The position numbers and the translations under genes were made by a program. Shown piece after piece: positions 1 to 8,851 of a DNA stretch of 42,655 bases. The notes beneath the pieces were generated by a model. It saw only the letters and a list, made by a program, of their open reading frames with translations. It did no database searches and was not told where the DNA came from. The DNA comes from Desulfobacteraceae bacterium (GTDB lineage Bacteria > Desulfobacterota > Desulfobacteria > Desulfobacterales > SURF-7). The DNA is taken from NCBI GenBank assembly GCA_030618465.1, contig JAUXDD010000002.1, positions 1 to 42,655 of the forward strand, written 5' to 3'. Position 1 is the stretch's first letter. Each line of letters opens with the position of its first letter.

Positions 1-590
1 CCCCTGTTTTCCATTACCAAGTGCCCATTGGCGGAATCGTATTTTCCCCCGGTCAAAATTTCTTTTTCAATGTCAAATTTTGAAGCTGCGGCCCAGTTTA
101 AAAATTTACCCTTTGCGGCAAAATAAATAATACTTGGCGGCGTCGGCGGCGGCGGCGTGTCAACACTAAGAAAAACAGCTGTATCTCCAAACGCTGCAGC
201 ACTCTTGTATGTTGCACTACCATATGCTGTCAAAGCAATGCCGGAATCAATCGATACAAATTTTTCCGAACCTGAATTATAATAATACCAGGTATCCGGG
301 TCAAAATAACCGGCATAGCCAGATGTTGCACTAAAACTATCGTCGTAACAGTCAGTACTGGAATCCGTATACGCCAGGTCAAACATACTGGCGGAGTTAT
401 CTATGATCAGCAGAAGGTTTGGATATATGTCCGCCGAGCTGATAAAGGGCGGATTGGATTCATACATGCTCGCCGTATACGTAGGATGGGACCCTGCCGC
501 CATTAAGGAGGAGACAGACATGTTGGACACCAGCCCCAAAATAGAAACCATGCAGCATATAATGATTATCTGAGCATTCTTTTTAACCAT
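1..590 (-). CDS. PilY1-like type IV pilus tip-associated protein, N-terminal vWA part (partial; continues beyond window start)
   Basis: The minus-strand frame is open to the window edge, so it is absent from the ORF track. ATG at 588-590 is preceded by a GAGGTG SD. Hand translation gives MVKKNAQIIIICCMVSILGLVSNMSVSS (signal peptide) followed by PNLLLIIDNSASMFD, a vWA MIDAS DxSxS motif. It lies directly after the PilX-like gene, as in fimU-pilVWXY1 operons. Confidence 0.6.
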   Translation of the reverse strand, partial: MVKKNAQIIIICCMVSILGLVSNMSVSSLMAAGSHPTYTASMYESNPPFISSADIYPNLLLIIDNSASMFDLAYTDSSTDCYDDSFSATSGYAGYFDPDTWYYYNSGSEKFVSIDSGIALTAYGSATYKSAAAFGDTAVFLSVDTPPPPTPPSIIYFAAKGKFLNWAAASKFDIEKEILTGGKYDSANGHLVMENR

Positions 591-723
591 TTTTCTCACC
601 TCATAATAAATTCGAGTTTAACATTTATTAATTGAATTACGTGTTATTTCTGTGTCAATTCCTTTCCTTTATTTCATATTTACAACCATGTAAAAATCTT
701 CCAAAGCACTCTCCTATTCGGAT

Positions 724-1410
724 TTAGTATATACATTCACTCTCCTGGCCAATCAGGTGTAGCCAGTCAAGCCCCACTTCAGACTGCATGGTACTTTTTC
801 CCATTCGGCCTTCACGGAGTGAATATATTTCAAAACTTATCACTGCACCACCGCCGGCTGAGCCCTTTCCCTTGCCCTCATACCCGGCTGCCATCTGAAT
901 GGCACCGCCCGGTGCTAACGCAGCATTTCCACCCATTTTCACATAGGTGGTAACGTCGGCGCTTGAACTTCTTGGAAAATAAAAATCGTAGACTCCGTCA
1001 TGCACGGAACTGCTGCTGTCTGATGACGGTCTCAGCTCATACGCATCATCAAGATCATTCGGATTTTTCCAGAATGCAAGGTCTGAAAAATCTCCTGTTT
1101 TTGCCTGGGCCATTATCATTAAGTCACCGATTTCCACGTAAGCATAATCATCGTTCCCGGTTCCGCCGGCAGCAGTAAACCCCCCCGGACAGTTGATATT
1201 TTGTTCAAGGATTTCAATACCCACATTTGATCCGGCCTCTGCATTATAAAAGGCTTTTTTTTGAAAATTGTCATTTGCCGATATCTGGGTTTCCAACATG
1301 CTGTTTCGTATTGTCAATGTACCAATTATTGTCAGAAGCACCAGCAGCAGGATAACGACCACTATCAAGGAACCGTCTTCATTATTCATAATGTTAGAAT
1401 ATTTTTTCAT
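724..1410 (-). CDS. PilX-like type IV pilus minor component (PilX_N-type N-terminal helix)
   Basis: The N-terminus DGSLIVVVILLLVLLTIIGTLTIRNSMLETQISANDNFQKKAFYNAEAG matches the PilX_N pattern (hydrophobic helix then A-F/Y-x-AEAG). It occupies the fourth position in the minor-pilin operon. Confidence 0.65.
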   Translation of the reverse strand: MKKYSNIMNNEDGSLIVVVILLLVLLTIIGTLTIRNSMLETQISANDNFQKKAFYNAEAGSNVGIEILEQNINCPGGFTAAGGTGNDDYAYVEIGDLMIMAQAKTGDFSDLAFWKNPNDLDDAYELRPSSDSSSSVHDGVYDFYFPRSSSADVTTYVKMGGNAALAPGGAIQMAAGYEGKGKGSAGGGAVISFEIYSLREGRMGKSTMQSEVGLDWLHLIGQESECIY

Positions 1411-1425
1411 AATATGACCTCATAC

Positions 1426-1893
1426 CTATATTATGTCTGCTTTTGCAGACTGTAACTTTACCGTTTTCCCGCCTTGCCTTAAATACCTGACGTTGACCGT
1501 TATGGTTTTTGTATGATTCACCGGCGTATCATCCTGAATATTCCAGGTGACATCATAAATCCCATCTCTCACAACCGCAACTGCCGGATGTGAACCGGCT
1601 ACCAGGAATTGTTCATCCGCTTCATCAATTGAACCGTCACTGTCGTTATCAAGGCCGTCATTATTCGCATTATACGGCAGGGCCATCAGCTGCTCCATCT
1701 GAACTGCCCCCCACGAAGCTCCTTCTGTCTGGGTTCTGGCACGGGTGCTGTAGTCACTGGAAGAAAAATGAAGGGCGGCTACGCCTAAAATACCCACTGA
1801 AAATATAGCCATGGCAATTAATACTTCAATGAGTGTAAAACCCCGATTATTCATTTCTTTTCTATCCACGGTATTGGATGTTTTCCTTTTCAT
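1426..1893 (-). CDS. PilV-like minor pilin (prepilin-type N-terminal cleavage/methylation domain)
   Basis: NNRG|FTLIEVLIAMAIFSVGILGV is a class III signal peptide with Glu at +5. Size is 155 aa. The true start may be the internal Met just before NNRG. Confidence 0.7.
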   Translation of the reverse strand: MKRKTSNTVDRKEMNNRGFTLIEVLIAMAIFSVGILGVAALHFSSSDYSTRARTQTEGASWGAVQMEQLMALPYNANNDGLDNDSDGSIDEADEQFLVAGSHPAVAVVRDGIYDVTWNIQDDTPVNHTKTITVNVRYLRQGGKTVKLQSAKADII

Positions 1894-1912
1894 GTTTGGC
1901 TCCCTTTAAAAA

Positions 1913-2674
1913 TTATAGCCCCAGATTGCGGCACCTGATTTCCGACGTCAGAATCATTCGACGAAAATTGTCATTTGGAGTGGCCAGGATTGTCGATCCC
2001 TGAAGGTTTGAATAGGAATTCGTATCCTTATAATCCAGAACATTTCCGCCGGTCCGTGCGATAATTGACAGCTGCACCGTTGTAATATCCTCCCTGGCCG
2101 CGGAATCTAACGGATCAAGTACATTGCCGGAGATGTCAAGATAGACAAAATTCATTACATCAATTTTATCTGCAAGGGTCCGCCAGCCATGTGGATTGAC
2201 GCCGTCATCCACATAGGCCTGTAACACATTTGTATTATCGTAGTTGGGTGAAGCAGCCAGCCTGAAGGCAACCTGCTCATCCGTATTGGCATCTACAGCG
2301 CCCGCCTCATCCAGCTCATCATAATTACCATCCGTGTCATTATCCAGGTCGTCTGCTGCTGACATATCTATTGTAAAAGCAATATTACCGGCATCCGTGG
2401 TCCCCCCATAATCATAATCCGGCAGACTGCTCACAAATCCAAAGTCACCGGAATCCGAAGGATCAAATCCTGCCATTCGGATGCCTTTCTCCATGTAGTA
2501 CATGGCCGCCCTCAGGTTCTGTTGAATCTCAACAATCTGCTGCTGAGTCCGGAAAGATTTTTGCTGTGACCGCTGGGCAGCAAATATGGACACCATGATG
2601 ATCAGTGCAATAGCCATGGCAACAAGAAGCTCTGGAAGCGAAAACCCTCTGTTATTAGTAATTACATTCCGCAT
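1913..2674 (-). CDS. PilW-like minor pilin (prepilin-type N-terminal domain)
   Basis: MRNVITNNRG|FSLPELLVAMAIALIIMVSIF carries the G|FxxxE motif. Size (253 aa) and operon position are typical of PilW/GspJ-like minor pilins. Confidence 0.7.
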   Translation of the reverse strand: MRNVITNNRGFSLPELLVAMAIALIIMVSIFAAQRSQQKSFRTQQQIVEIQQNLRAAMYYMEKGIRMAGFDPSDSGDFGFVSSLPDYDYGGTTDAGNIAFTIDMSAADDLDNDTDGNYDELDEAGAVDANTDEQVAFRLAASPNYDNTNVLQAYVDDGVNPHGWRTLADKIDVMNFVYLDISGNVLDPLDSAAREDITTVQLSIIARTGGNVLDYKDTNSYSNLQGSTILATPNDNFRRMILTSEIRCRNLGL

Positions 2675-2692
2675 TGCTTTCTCCCCGTAATT

Positions 2693-3235
2693 TTACAGTA
2701 TTTTAATATTTCCCGTGGGACTGATCTGAATCCGTTTCGTCCTGTTATGACTGTCTTTCAGATAAACCGACCCCCTTCCCATAAAAAGTCTGGCACCTAC
2801 AATTTCTTTTGGAAGGCCGTTTGGCATAAATGTAATGGATCTTCCTGCCAGGCTGTAGTCAGGATCACCCACTGAAAAACTGTCGTCATATTCAACATTG
2901 TAATCAGCCAGAGAAACACTCCTGACCACTTCTTCACCACTGTCATATGACAGGTTGGGAGGGTCTGTATCTGAATCTAAGTATACGAGAAAACTGTTAG
3001 CAGAGTTATCAAAGGTTATGGAACAATAGGCCCCTGTTTTAATTGCCTTCATCCTTGCATGCTGTAAAAAGGAAAAGATATCTCTGGTGGACTTGCTGAA
3101 TTGGGCTTTTGCTCGCCAGGTCATAATTCCAGGCGTAGCCACAAGACTGAGTATTCCAATAATCGCAAGGACAACAATAAGCTCAATAAAAGTAAATCCC
3201 TTCTCTTTTTCATCAATGAAAGATTTTTTATTCAC
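2693..3235 (-). CDS. FimT/FimU/GspH-like minor pilin
   Basis: KEKG|FTFIELIVVLAIIGILSLV is followed by a FLQHARMKAIKTG helix typical of GspH/FimT. The track ORF extends to a TTG at 3310. A GTG at 3233-3235 with a GGGGG SD 5 nt upstream gives a normal 13-aa leader, so 3235 is the preferred start. Confidence 0.65.
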   Translation of the reverse strand: MNKKSFIDEKEKGFTFIELIVVLAIIGILSLVATPGIMTWRAKAQFSKSTRDIFSFLQHARMKAIKTGAYCSITFDNSANSFLVYLDSDTDPPNLSYDSGEEVVRSVSLADYNVEYDDSFSVGDPDYSLAGRSITFMPNGLPKEIVGARLFMGRGSVYLKDSHNRTKRIQISPTGNIKIL

Positions 3236-3536
3236 GATACCCCCTTTAACATTGGTCCGGATATTCGGATCATGAAATAGTGAATTATTTTTCCAGACTT
3301 TCTCATTCAATTTATATGCCAGACATGATTTCCTATTCTGCTGCAGGTTTTATCGCAGAATCAACTTAATTCATATGCACTTGATTTATTTATTTTTTTA
3401 TCAGTTCGCTGGGGTGACATTCCATTTCAAATGATTTCTTTTTTAAAAAATCCCTTGAAAGGAATTATAAAAAAATTTAAGCGGACTATTAATTTTTTTT
3501 ATAATGAATTCGGGTATATTGAAAAATAGTATCTAT

Positions 3537-3947
3537 TCAGGCATATGCTCTGTTAATACCCGGAAAATTAACTTTACTGATGATTTTTCTGAATACATCT
3601 CTTACATCTGAAAAATCGCTGTCAGCATAGGTTAAAAATCTCGGTCTCAGGACAAATCCTTTTGTAATGGTATCTCTGTTCTGATCCGGTAAAATCAGGA
3701 TAGTGGGGATTCTGAGAATCATATCTTTGAATTTCTGAAGCTCGAGCAACTCCTGGTATGTTGAAACCAGAATAATTGCTGCTGCAATGCCATGCATCGG
3801 CTGGCTCAAAACCCTGAAAAGTTTTTCCATGTTGCAAACAATAACAATATTTTCCCGCACCACCACCGACGCAACCATTGTCCGTAGTTTAATCCCGTCA
3901 GCCTGCGCCGGAGGCAGGTAAAGCAGGATGTTCGAATTGTGTACCAT
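3537..3947 (-). CDS. Hypothetical protein with degenerate receiver-like (pseudo-REC) pattern
   Basis: 136 aa. The alternating beta/alpha pattern (ILLYLPP..., AAIILVSTYQEL, IPTILILPDQ, KGFVLRPRFLTY) resembles CheY-like receivers. The acidic pocket and phospho-acceptor Asp positions are not conserved. Confidence 0.35.
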   Translation of the reverse strand: MVHNSNILLYLPPAQADGIKLRTMVASVVVRENIVIVCNMEKLFRVLSQPMHGIAAAIILVSTYQELLELQKFKDMILRIPTILILPDQNRDTITKGFVLRPRFLTYADSDFSDVRDVFRKIISKVNFPGINRAYA

Positions 3948-4401
3948 ATTATATATATACCTTTTATATATTCATTGCTGGAACATTTTTTAACAAGAGG
4001 ATAGGAGTGTTTACTATTCAAATTCTACTTCAAAAACCAGGCCAAATGCCATTTTTTCATCAATAAATTTATTTTATTATATATTCAGATAGTTACATTC
4101 AAACAGCCAGAAAGCAGCTCCATATATTTCAATGATCCCGGCAATGTATGTATCACCATACAGGACATTCATCCTGTTTTAAAGGACGACAGGGAGGTTT
4201 TGCCTATGATCGATTCAGGATCCGTATATAGGCAAGAATTCAGCAATTCCGGTGAACATGAAGTGTTGATCATTTTGATCATTGCTGATCGCAGGATGTG
4301 AATTGTCATTTTTGAGGGAATGAAACGGACTGTTAATAAAAACATGCCCCTGTGATATCATATTTTCCTTATGATACACATTTTGCCCGGGCAGTTGTCA
4401 T

Positions 4402-4436
4402 AAAAAAAGGGAACAGAAATAATCCTGTTCCCTTTT
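4402..4436 (-). terminator. Rho-independent terminator after rpsI
   Basis: Stem agggaacag (4408-4416) pairs with ctgttccct (4425-4433). On the minus strand it is followed by a T-run (the A-run at 4402-4408 on plus). It lies 26 nt downstream of the rpsI stop. Confidence 0.6.
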
Positions 4437-4461
4437 GAATGCAGAAATAAATATAAAGGTT

Positions 4462-4857
4462 CTAACGTTTGGAAAACTGAAAACGGGCCCGGGCGCCTTT
4501 CTGGCCGTATTTTTTTCTTTCCTTGACCCTGGAATCACGCGTAACAAAACCGGCTTTCTTTAAAACATCTCTCAAATCCGGGTCAGCTACCATTAGAGCT
4601 TTTGTGATACCATGCCGGACTGCCCCTGCCTGACCTGAAATACCACCGCCTTTTACCCTGATCATCACGTCAAAATTATCAAGATTATTTGTGACAACAA
4701 GCGGCTGAATCAAATTTCGTTTTGAAGAACTTATGGTGAAGTACTCATCCATTGGACGATCATTTACGGTAATTTTACCATTCCCCGGTTTAAGCCATGT
4801 TCTGGCAATGGAACTTTTCCGTTTTCCTGTTGCATAAAAACTTTTTTCTGTAGCCAT
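4462..4857 (-). CDS. rpsI: 30S ribosomal protein S9
   Basis: 131 aa with the typical S9 sequence ([12 protein letters not shown]..., C-terminal [18 protein letters not shown]), immediately downstream of rplM. Confidence 0.95.
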   Translation of the reverse strand: MATEKSFYATGKRKSSIARTWLKPGNGKITVNDRPMDEYFTISSSKRNLIQPLVVTNNLDNFDVMIRVKGGGISGQAGAVRHGITKALMVADPDLRDVLKKAGFVTRDSRVKERKKYGQKGARARFQFSKR

Positions 4858-4882
4858 TAAATACCCCGGTAATTAATACAAT

Positions 4883-5329
4883 TTATTTTTTAAAACTATT
4901 TTCAAGGACTTCGGGATGTTGAGACGCATGAGGATGCTCAGTTCCGGAATACACTTTCAATTTTGCCAGGAGTTTTCTTCCGAGCCTGTTCCTGGGAAGC
5001 ATCCCTCGTACAGCCTTACGAATCATCTCTTCCGGTTGTTTTTCAAGAAGTTCCCTCGCTGTAATACCCTTAATTCCACCCATGTAACCGCTGTGCCGGT
5101 AATAGATCTTCTTATCCCACTTTTTTCCGGTTAAAACAATTTTTTCAGCATTGATTACAATAACCGAATCACCAGTATCCACATGGGGCGTATAAAGCGG
5201 GTTATGCTTGCCCCTAAGGCGGGACGCCAGCTCCGTTGCAATTCTGCCAAGAACCGCACCACTGGCATCAACGATATACCATTTATCTTTATTGTCTGAC
5301 TGTTTTGCACTGTATGTATATTTTTTCAC
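4883..5329 (-). CDS. rplM: 50S ribosomal protein L13
   Basis: 148 aa. [29 protein letters not shown] is the canonical L13 N-terminus. Confidence 0.95.
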   Translation of the reverse strand: MKKYTYSAKQSDNKDKWYIVDASGAVLGRIATELASRLRGKHNPLYTPHVDTGDSVIVINAEKIVLTGKKWDKKIYYRHSGYMGGIKGITARELLEKQPEEMIRKAVRGMLPRNRLGRKLLAKLKVYSGTEHPHASQHPEVLENSFKK

Positions 5330-5357
5330 TGTCTTTTCTCCTAAAAAGAATCAGAAA

Positions 5358-5386
5358 TATTTAATTGAATTTTTGCCGTATGTCAA
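5358..5386 (-). promoter_or_regulatory. Candidate sigma70 promoter for rplM-rpsI
   Basis: Minus strand reads TTGACA (5386-5381), a 17-nt spacer, then TAAATA (5363-5358). It lies about 30 nt upstream of the rplM start. Confidence 0.45.
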
Positions 5387-5410
5387 GAAAAATAATAAAT
5401 TTCTGAAAAA

Positions 5411-5500
5411 ATGTTTGCCGGTTCACCAGTTGGCCGGTTCGCCGGTAATGACAACAACCTTATCTAACAGGCCAACCGGCAAACCGGAATTTGACACCTT
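5411..5500 (-). repeat. Copy A of a structured intergenic repeat (see 24590-24706)
   Basis: The reverse complement reads aaggtgtcaaattccggtttgccggttggcctgttagataaggttgttgtcattaccggcgaaccggccaactggtgaaccggcaaacat. It shares the blocks aggtgtcaa, tttgcc, ccggttggcctgtt (14 nt), ataaggttgttgtcat (16 nt), cgaaccgg and aacat with copy B. Its outer inverted repeat is tttgccggtt/aaccggcaaa. Confidence 0.5.
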
Positions 5501-5553
5501 CATTTGTTTTCAATATATTGATTCCTGAAATTAAAAAAAACAGGAAAGGCTCA

Positions 5554-6183
5554 ATGGACCCTCTGGAAATTGAAGTTAAATATTTTTTAACAGATATTGA
5601 ATCCGTTCGCAAGCGTATTCTTGATCTGGGTGCAGATTGCAAAGGATTTTTTTTTGAGACCAACATCCGATATGAAGATGATGGGAAAAGCCTCATTAAA
5701 AACAAATCCCTTCTACGTCTCAGAAAAGATTCCGGAACAACACTGACATTTAAATCTCAACCACCCTCTGCTCTGAAAGATAAGACAGGGCATCGTTTCA
5801 AGATTCACAGGGAACTGGAAGTTGAGATCAGTGATTTTGCTATAATGAATCAAATTCTTGAATCCCTTGGTTTCCACAACGAACAGATATATGAAAAAAA
5901 TCGGGAGACCTTTATAATCAACGAAACACTCATGTGTCTGGACACCATGCCCTATGGAGATTTTTTAGAAATTGAGGGTCAAAAGGAATGTATCAGGGGA
6001 CTGGAAACAGAAATGGGCCTGAAATCTGAAAACAGGATTTTATTAACCTACCTTGATATGTTTGAACGTATCCGCAATAAATTCAATCTCTCTTTTTCTG
6101 ATGTAACATTTGAAAATTTTCAACATCTAAAACTTGATCTATCAGGGTTTATTCGTCTGTTTGAAATTGGAAATTCAGAATAA
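5554..6183 (+). CDS. CYTH-domain protein (class IV adenylate cyclase / triphosphatase family)
   Basis: The N-terminal LEIEVKY is the ExExK signature of CYTH domains. The preferred start is ATG 5554 with an AGGAAAGG SD. The track ORF starts at 5491. Confidence 0.75.
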   Translation: MDPLEIEVKYFLTDIESVRKRILDLGADCKGFFFETNIRYEDDGKSLIKNKSLLRLRKDSGTTLTFKSQPPSALKDKTGHRFKIHRELEVEISDFAIMNQILESLGFHNEQIYEKNRETFIINETLMCLDTMPYGDFLEIEGQKECIRGLETEMGLKSENRILLTYLDMFERIRNKFNLSFSDVTFENFQHLKLDLSGFIRLFEIGNSE

Positions 6184-6203
6184 TAATAGATACTTATTTA
6201 ATT

Positions 6204-6566
6204 CTATGCATTAAACTCAATTTTATTCTTTGAATCCTTTACGACGGTACATGTTACTTCTGCATTCAAGACACCGCCTTTTTCAACAGTAATATCTTTG
6301 CACGAAACCTTTCCGGAACAATTTCCTGTTGAAAGAATCACCAGCTCATCTGAAGCATGAATCTCACCTTCAAATACACCGCCAATGGTCATACTGGCCA
6401 CCGTGGTTTTAGCAAAAACAGAACCTTCCTTTGCAAGAATCACTGTTTCACCGACAAGTGTTCCTTTTACTGTTCCTTTTATAACCAGGCTCCCTTTGCT
6501 GGAAATGGTCCCCTCAATACTCAGCTCCTTATCGATGATAGACAGATTTGTTGAATTATTTTTCAC
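6204..6566 (-). CDS. Bactofilin (polymer-forming cytoskeletal protein, DUF583)
   Basis: 120 aa of repetitive beta-helix pattern: IEGTISSKGSLVIKGTVKGTLVGETVILAKEGSVFAKTTVASMTIGGVFEGEIHASDELVILSTGNCSGKVSCKDITVEKGGVLNAEV. Confidence 0.85.
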   Translation of the reverse strand: MKNNSTNLSIIDKELSIEGTISSKGSLVIKGTVKGTLVGETVILAKEGSVFAKTTVASMTIGGVFEGEIHASDELVILSTGNCSGKVSCKDITVEKGGVLNAEVTCTVVKDSKNKIEFNA

Positions 6567-6613
6567 AATGTGTCTCCTGAAAATTGGGTATATGAACTGG
6601 TTTCTGCCATCGT

Positions 6614-7621
6614 CTAATTTATTTTTGAAGTGGGTATACTTCGATTTAATTTTTCAGTACCGGTTTCCTTCTGACCAGGAAAAATTTCGGCCGCCTGGTC
6701 TTCAGTGCGGACAGGTTCGGTCTCAGATTTTTCTATAGCTGAGGTATTGTTCTTTAATGAAGCAGCAGGTTCAGAAATAATATTTTGTTGAGGTTTTACC
6801 GGCTGTCCTGTGGTCTTAATGTTTACAGGTATTTTTTCTTCCAGGATCTTATCCCCGTCTTTGGAATATACAAATATTGTGGCAATTTTATAATCTTCAG
6901 AAGCAGCAACTCCTCTGACTTTGAATTTTACTGTTTTATAGCGGCTGATCTTGAAAAACTGACCTCTTCTATAATCGGCCGGCTTTCCGGAATTCAGTTT
7001 TACAGAAGGAACAACCACCCATCTTTTCTGATCGGTTTCATCATGCTTCAAGAGTACAAATATCCGCCCGGAAACTTTTTTTGAATTCAAGTCGGCATTT
7101 TTTACAATAAAATTTACACGCAGCTCTTTTGTGCCGATATTGTGGATAAACTGAAAATCTTTAACTCCTACAAGTTCCTTTTTCACATTTTTTTCAACAT
7201 CTGCTTTTAATGATGCGGCCGGCGGTTTCTTAACAGACTCTTTGATCATCTTTTTTTTGACAGACATGGCTTCATCAATTTCAGACTGAAGCATAACCAG
7301 GCGTGTATTAAGTATATCCTTTTCATTCTGCAAAGACTTGACCCGTTCACTTGTTTCCGTAAAAGAATTCTGCATCACCTGTTGTTCGTGTCTGTTGCCC
7401 ATATATAGAAAGAAAAAATATATGGCAGCGGCCAGTGCAATTATAAACACAGATAAAAAAATAATCACCAGCTGCTTAAATTTTCTGACAGTAATAGTCT
7501 GTCCAAAATTATCGACAAGCAGTATACTCCAGCTTCTTTCTCTTGCCGCCTGTGTTGGCAGCGTATATTCAGCCACATTTTTTGATAGATTTTTTGCCAG
7601 GTTTCCCTGTATATCTTCCAT
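6614..7621 (-). CDS. Hypothetical single-pass membrane protein with coiled coil and C-terminal beta-rich domain
   Basis: TM helix LVIIFLSVFIIALAAAIYFFFLYM, then a heptad-like segment (SERVKSLQNEKDILNTRLVMLQSEIDEAMS), then a beta-rich C-terminal region. No family recognised. Confidence 0.5.
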   Translation of the reverse strand: MEDIQGNLAKNLSKNVAEYTLPTQAARERSWSILLVDNFGQTITVRKFKQLVIIFLSVFIIALAAAIYFFFLYMGNRHEQQVMQNSFTETSERVKSLQNEKDILNTRLVMLQSEIDEAMSVKKKMIKESVKKPPAASLKADVEKNVKKELVGVKDFQFIHNIGTKELRVNFIVKNADLNSKKVSGRIFVLLKHDETDQKRWVVVPSVKLNSGKPADYRRGQFFKISRYKTVKFKVRGVAASEDYKIATIFVYSKDGDKILEEKIPVNIKTTGQPVKPQQNIISEPAASLKNNTSAIEKSETEPVRTEDQAAEIFPGQKETGTEKLNRSIPTSKIN

Positions 7622-7734
7622 TGTTCACCTTCCAGCTTTGACGGCGTCGTATATGGATATTGACACATTGATAATTACAGTTGCTGCAGGACTCAACTCA
7701 CGTTTCTCATTAATCACCAGAAATAAAGCCGGAA

Positions 7735-8787
7735 TTAATCATCTCCAGAGGTAAATTTTCTGCCGACAGTATAACCGAGATGTTTGTAAGCTGATGCAGA
7801 CGCTTTTCTGCCGGAAGATGTTCTGACGACCAACCCGGTTTTCAACAAAAACGGCTCAACAACGTCAACCAGCGTATCCGTCTCCTCCTGAAGGGTGGCG
7901 GCAATTGCCTCAATTCCCACAGGACCGCCATTATAGTATTTGATAATGGTTTTAATAAAACGGCGATCCAGACGGGTTAATCCTCTATGATCCACACCTT
8001 CAAGGCCCAGAGCCGCTTCAACATTTTTTTTTGAAATCGTACCGTCGGCTCTTACCTGGGCATAATCCCTGACACGTTTAAGGAGCCTGTTCACAATTCT
8101 CGGTGTCCCCCGGGAACGTTTTGCAAGCTCATGGGCACTCTCGTCATCAATTGTCACATCAAGCAGGGCAGCCGATCGCTTCGTAATATTCAAAAGATCG
8201 TCTTCGGAATAAAAGTCAAGGCTTCTGAAAATGCCGAACCTGTCACGTAAAGGCGCAGAAAGCAAACCCACACGCGTGGTAGCGCCCACAAGGACAAACT
8301 GTTTCAACCTGAACCGGTGACTCCGGGCGTGAATTCCCTTGTCAAACACAAAATCCACCGCAAAATCTTCCATAGCAGGATAGAGAAATTCTTCCACAGT
8401 CTTTGGTGTCCGATGAATTTCATCCACAAACAGGATATCCCCTTCTCCAAGATGTGTAAGAATCCCCATGAGGTCACCACCTTTTTCCAGTGCAGGCCCT
8501 GAAGTTACGGTAAGGTTACTCCCCAGTTCATTTGCAATAATATGCGCAAGCGTGGTTTTACCCAGGCCGGGCGGGCCGTGAAGCAGCACATGCTCCGGCG
8601 GCTCTTCGCGCATTTTGGCTGCCTGGATGGCAATTTCAAGTGTTTCAACTACTTTCGGCTGACCGATATACTCTAAAAAGGTTTGGGGGCGTAACGACAG
8701 AATTTCCGGTTCCCGATCAACCGGCAGGGCTGAGTTTGCTACGACACCCTGTTTTTCAGAAGAAAATTTCAGAATTTCATTTACCAT
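7735..8787 (-). CDS. ruvB: Holliday junction branch migration ATPase RuvB
   Basis: Walker [17 protein letters not shown], and typical RuvB length (350 aa). Confidence 0.95.
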   Translation of the reverse strand: MVNEILKFSSEKQGVVANSALPVDREPEILSLRPQTFLEYIGQPKVVETLEIAIQAAKMREEPPEHVLLHGPPGLGKTTLAHIIANELGSNLTVTSGPALEKGGDLMGILTHLGEGDILFVDEIHRTPKTVEEFLYPAMEDFAVDFVFDKGIHARSHRFRLKQFVLVGATTRVGLLSAPLRDRFGIFRSLDFYSEDDLLNITKRSAALLDVTIDDESAHELAKRSRGTPRIVNRLLKRVRDYAQVRADGTISKKNVEAALGLEGVDHRGLTRLDRRFIKTIIKYYNGGPVGIEAIAATLQEETDTLVDVVEPFLLKTGLVVRTSSGRKASASAYKHLGYTVGRKFTSGDD

Positions 8788-8851
8788 TTATTATTTGCCA
8801 TCCAGAGATATGAATCTATAAACTAATTTTAGTTATACACGTTGAAATTTT

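Noticed and set aside
3304-3322. A sigma54-like element on the minus strand upstream of the FimT-like gene: CTGGCAT-ATAAA-TTGAAT.
   Set aside because: The -24 GG is fine, but the invariant -12 GC is GA (TTGA instead of TTGC). The element also overlaps the alternative TTG start of the track ORF. It is too weak to call without TSS data.
4206-4301. A 31-aa plus-strand ORF (MIDSGSVYRQEFSNSGEHEVLIILIIADRRM) with a GGGAGG SD, in the 514-bp spacer between the pseudo-receiver gene and rpsI.
   Set aside because: A strong SD alone is insufficient. There is no recognisable family, no terminator and no way to test conservation here. It is recorded only as a possible micro-ORF.
5491-5553. N-terminal extensions of track ORFs. 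Examples are 5491 for the CYTH gene, 17483 for groES, 17996 and 39738 for the FmdB genes, 21019 for hflK and 31612 for csp.
   Set aside because: In each case an internal ATG with a good Shine-Dalgarno sequence coincides with the conserved N-terminus of the family. The extensions are probably not translated.
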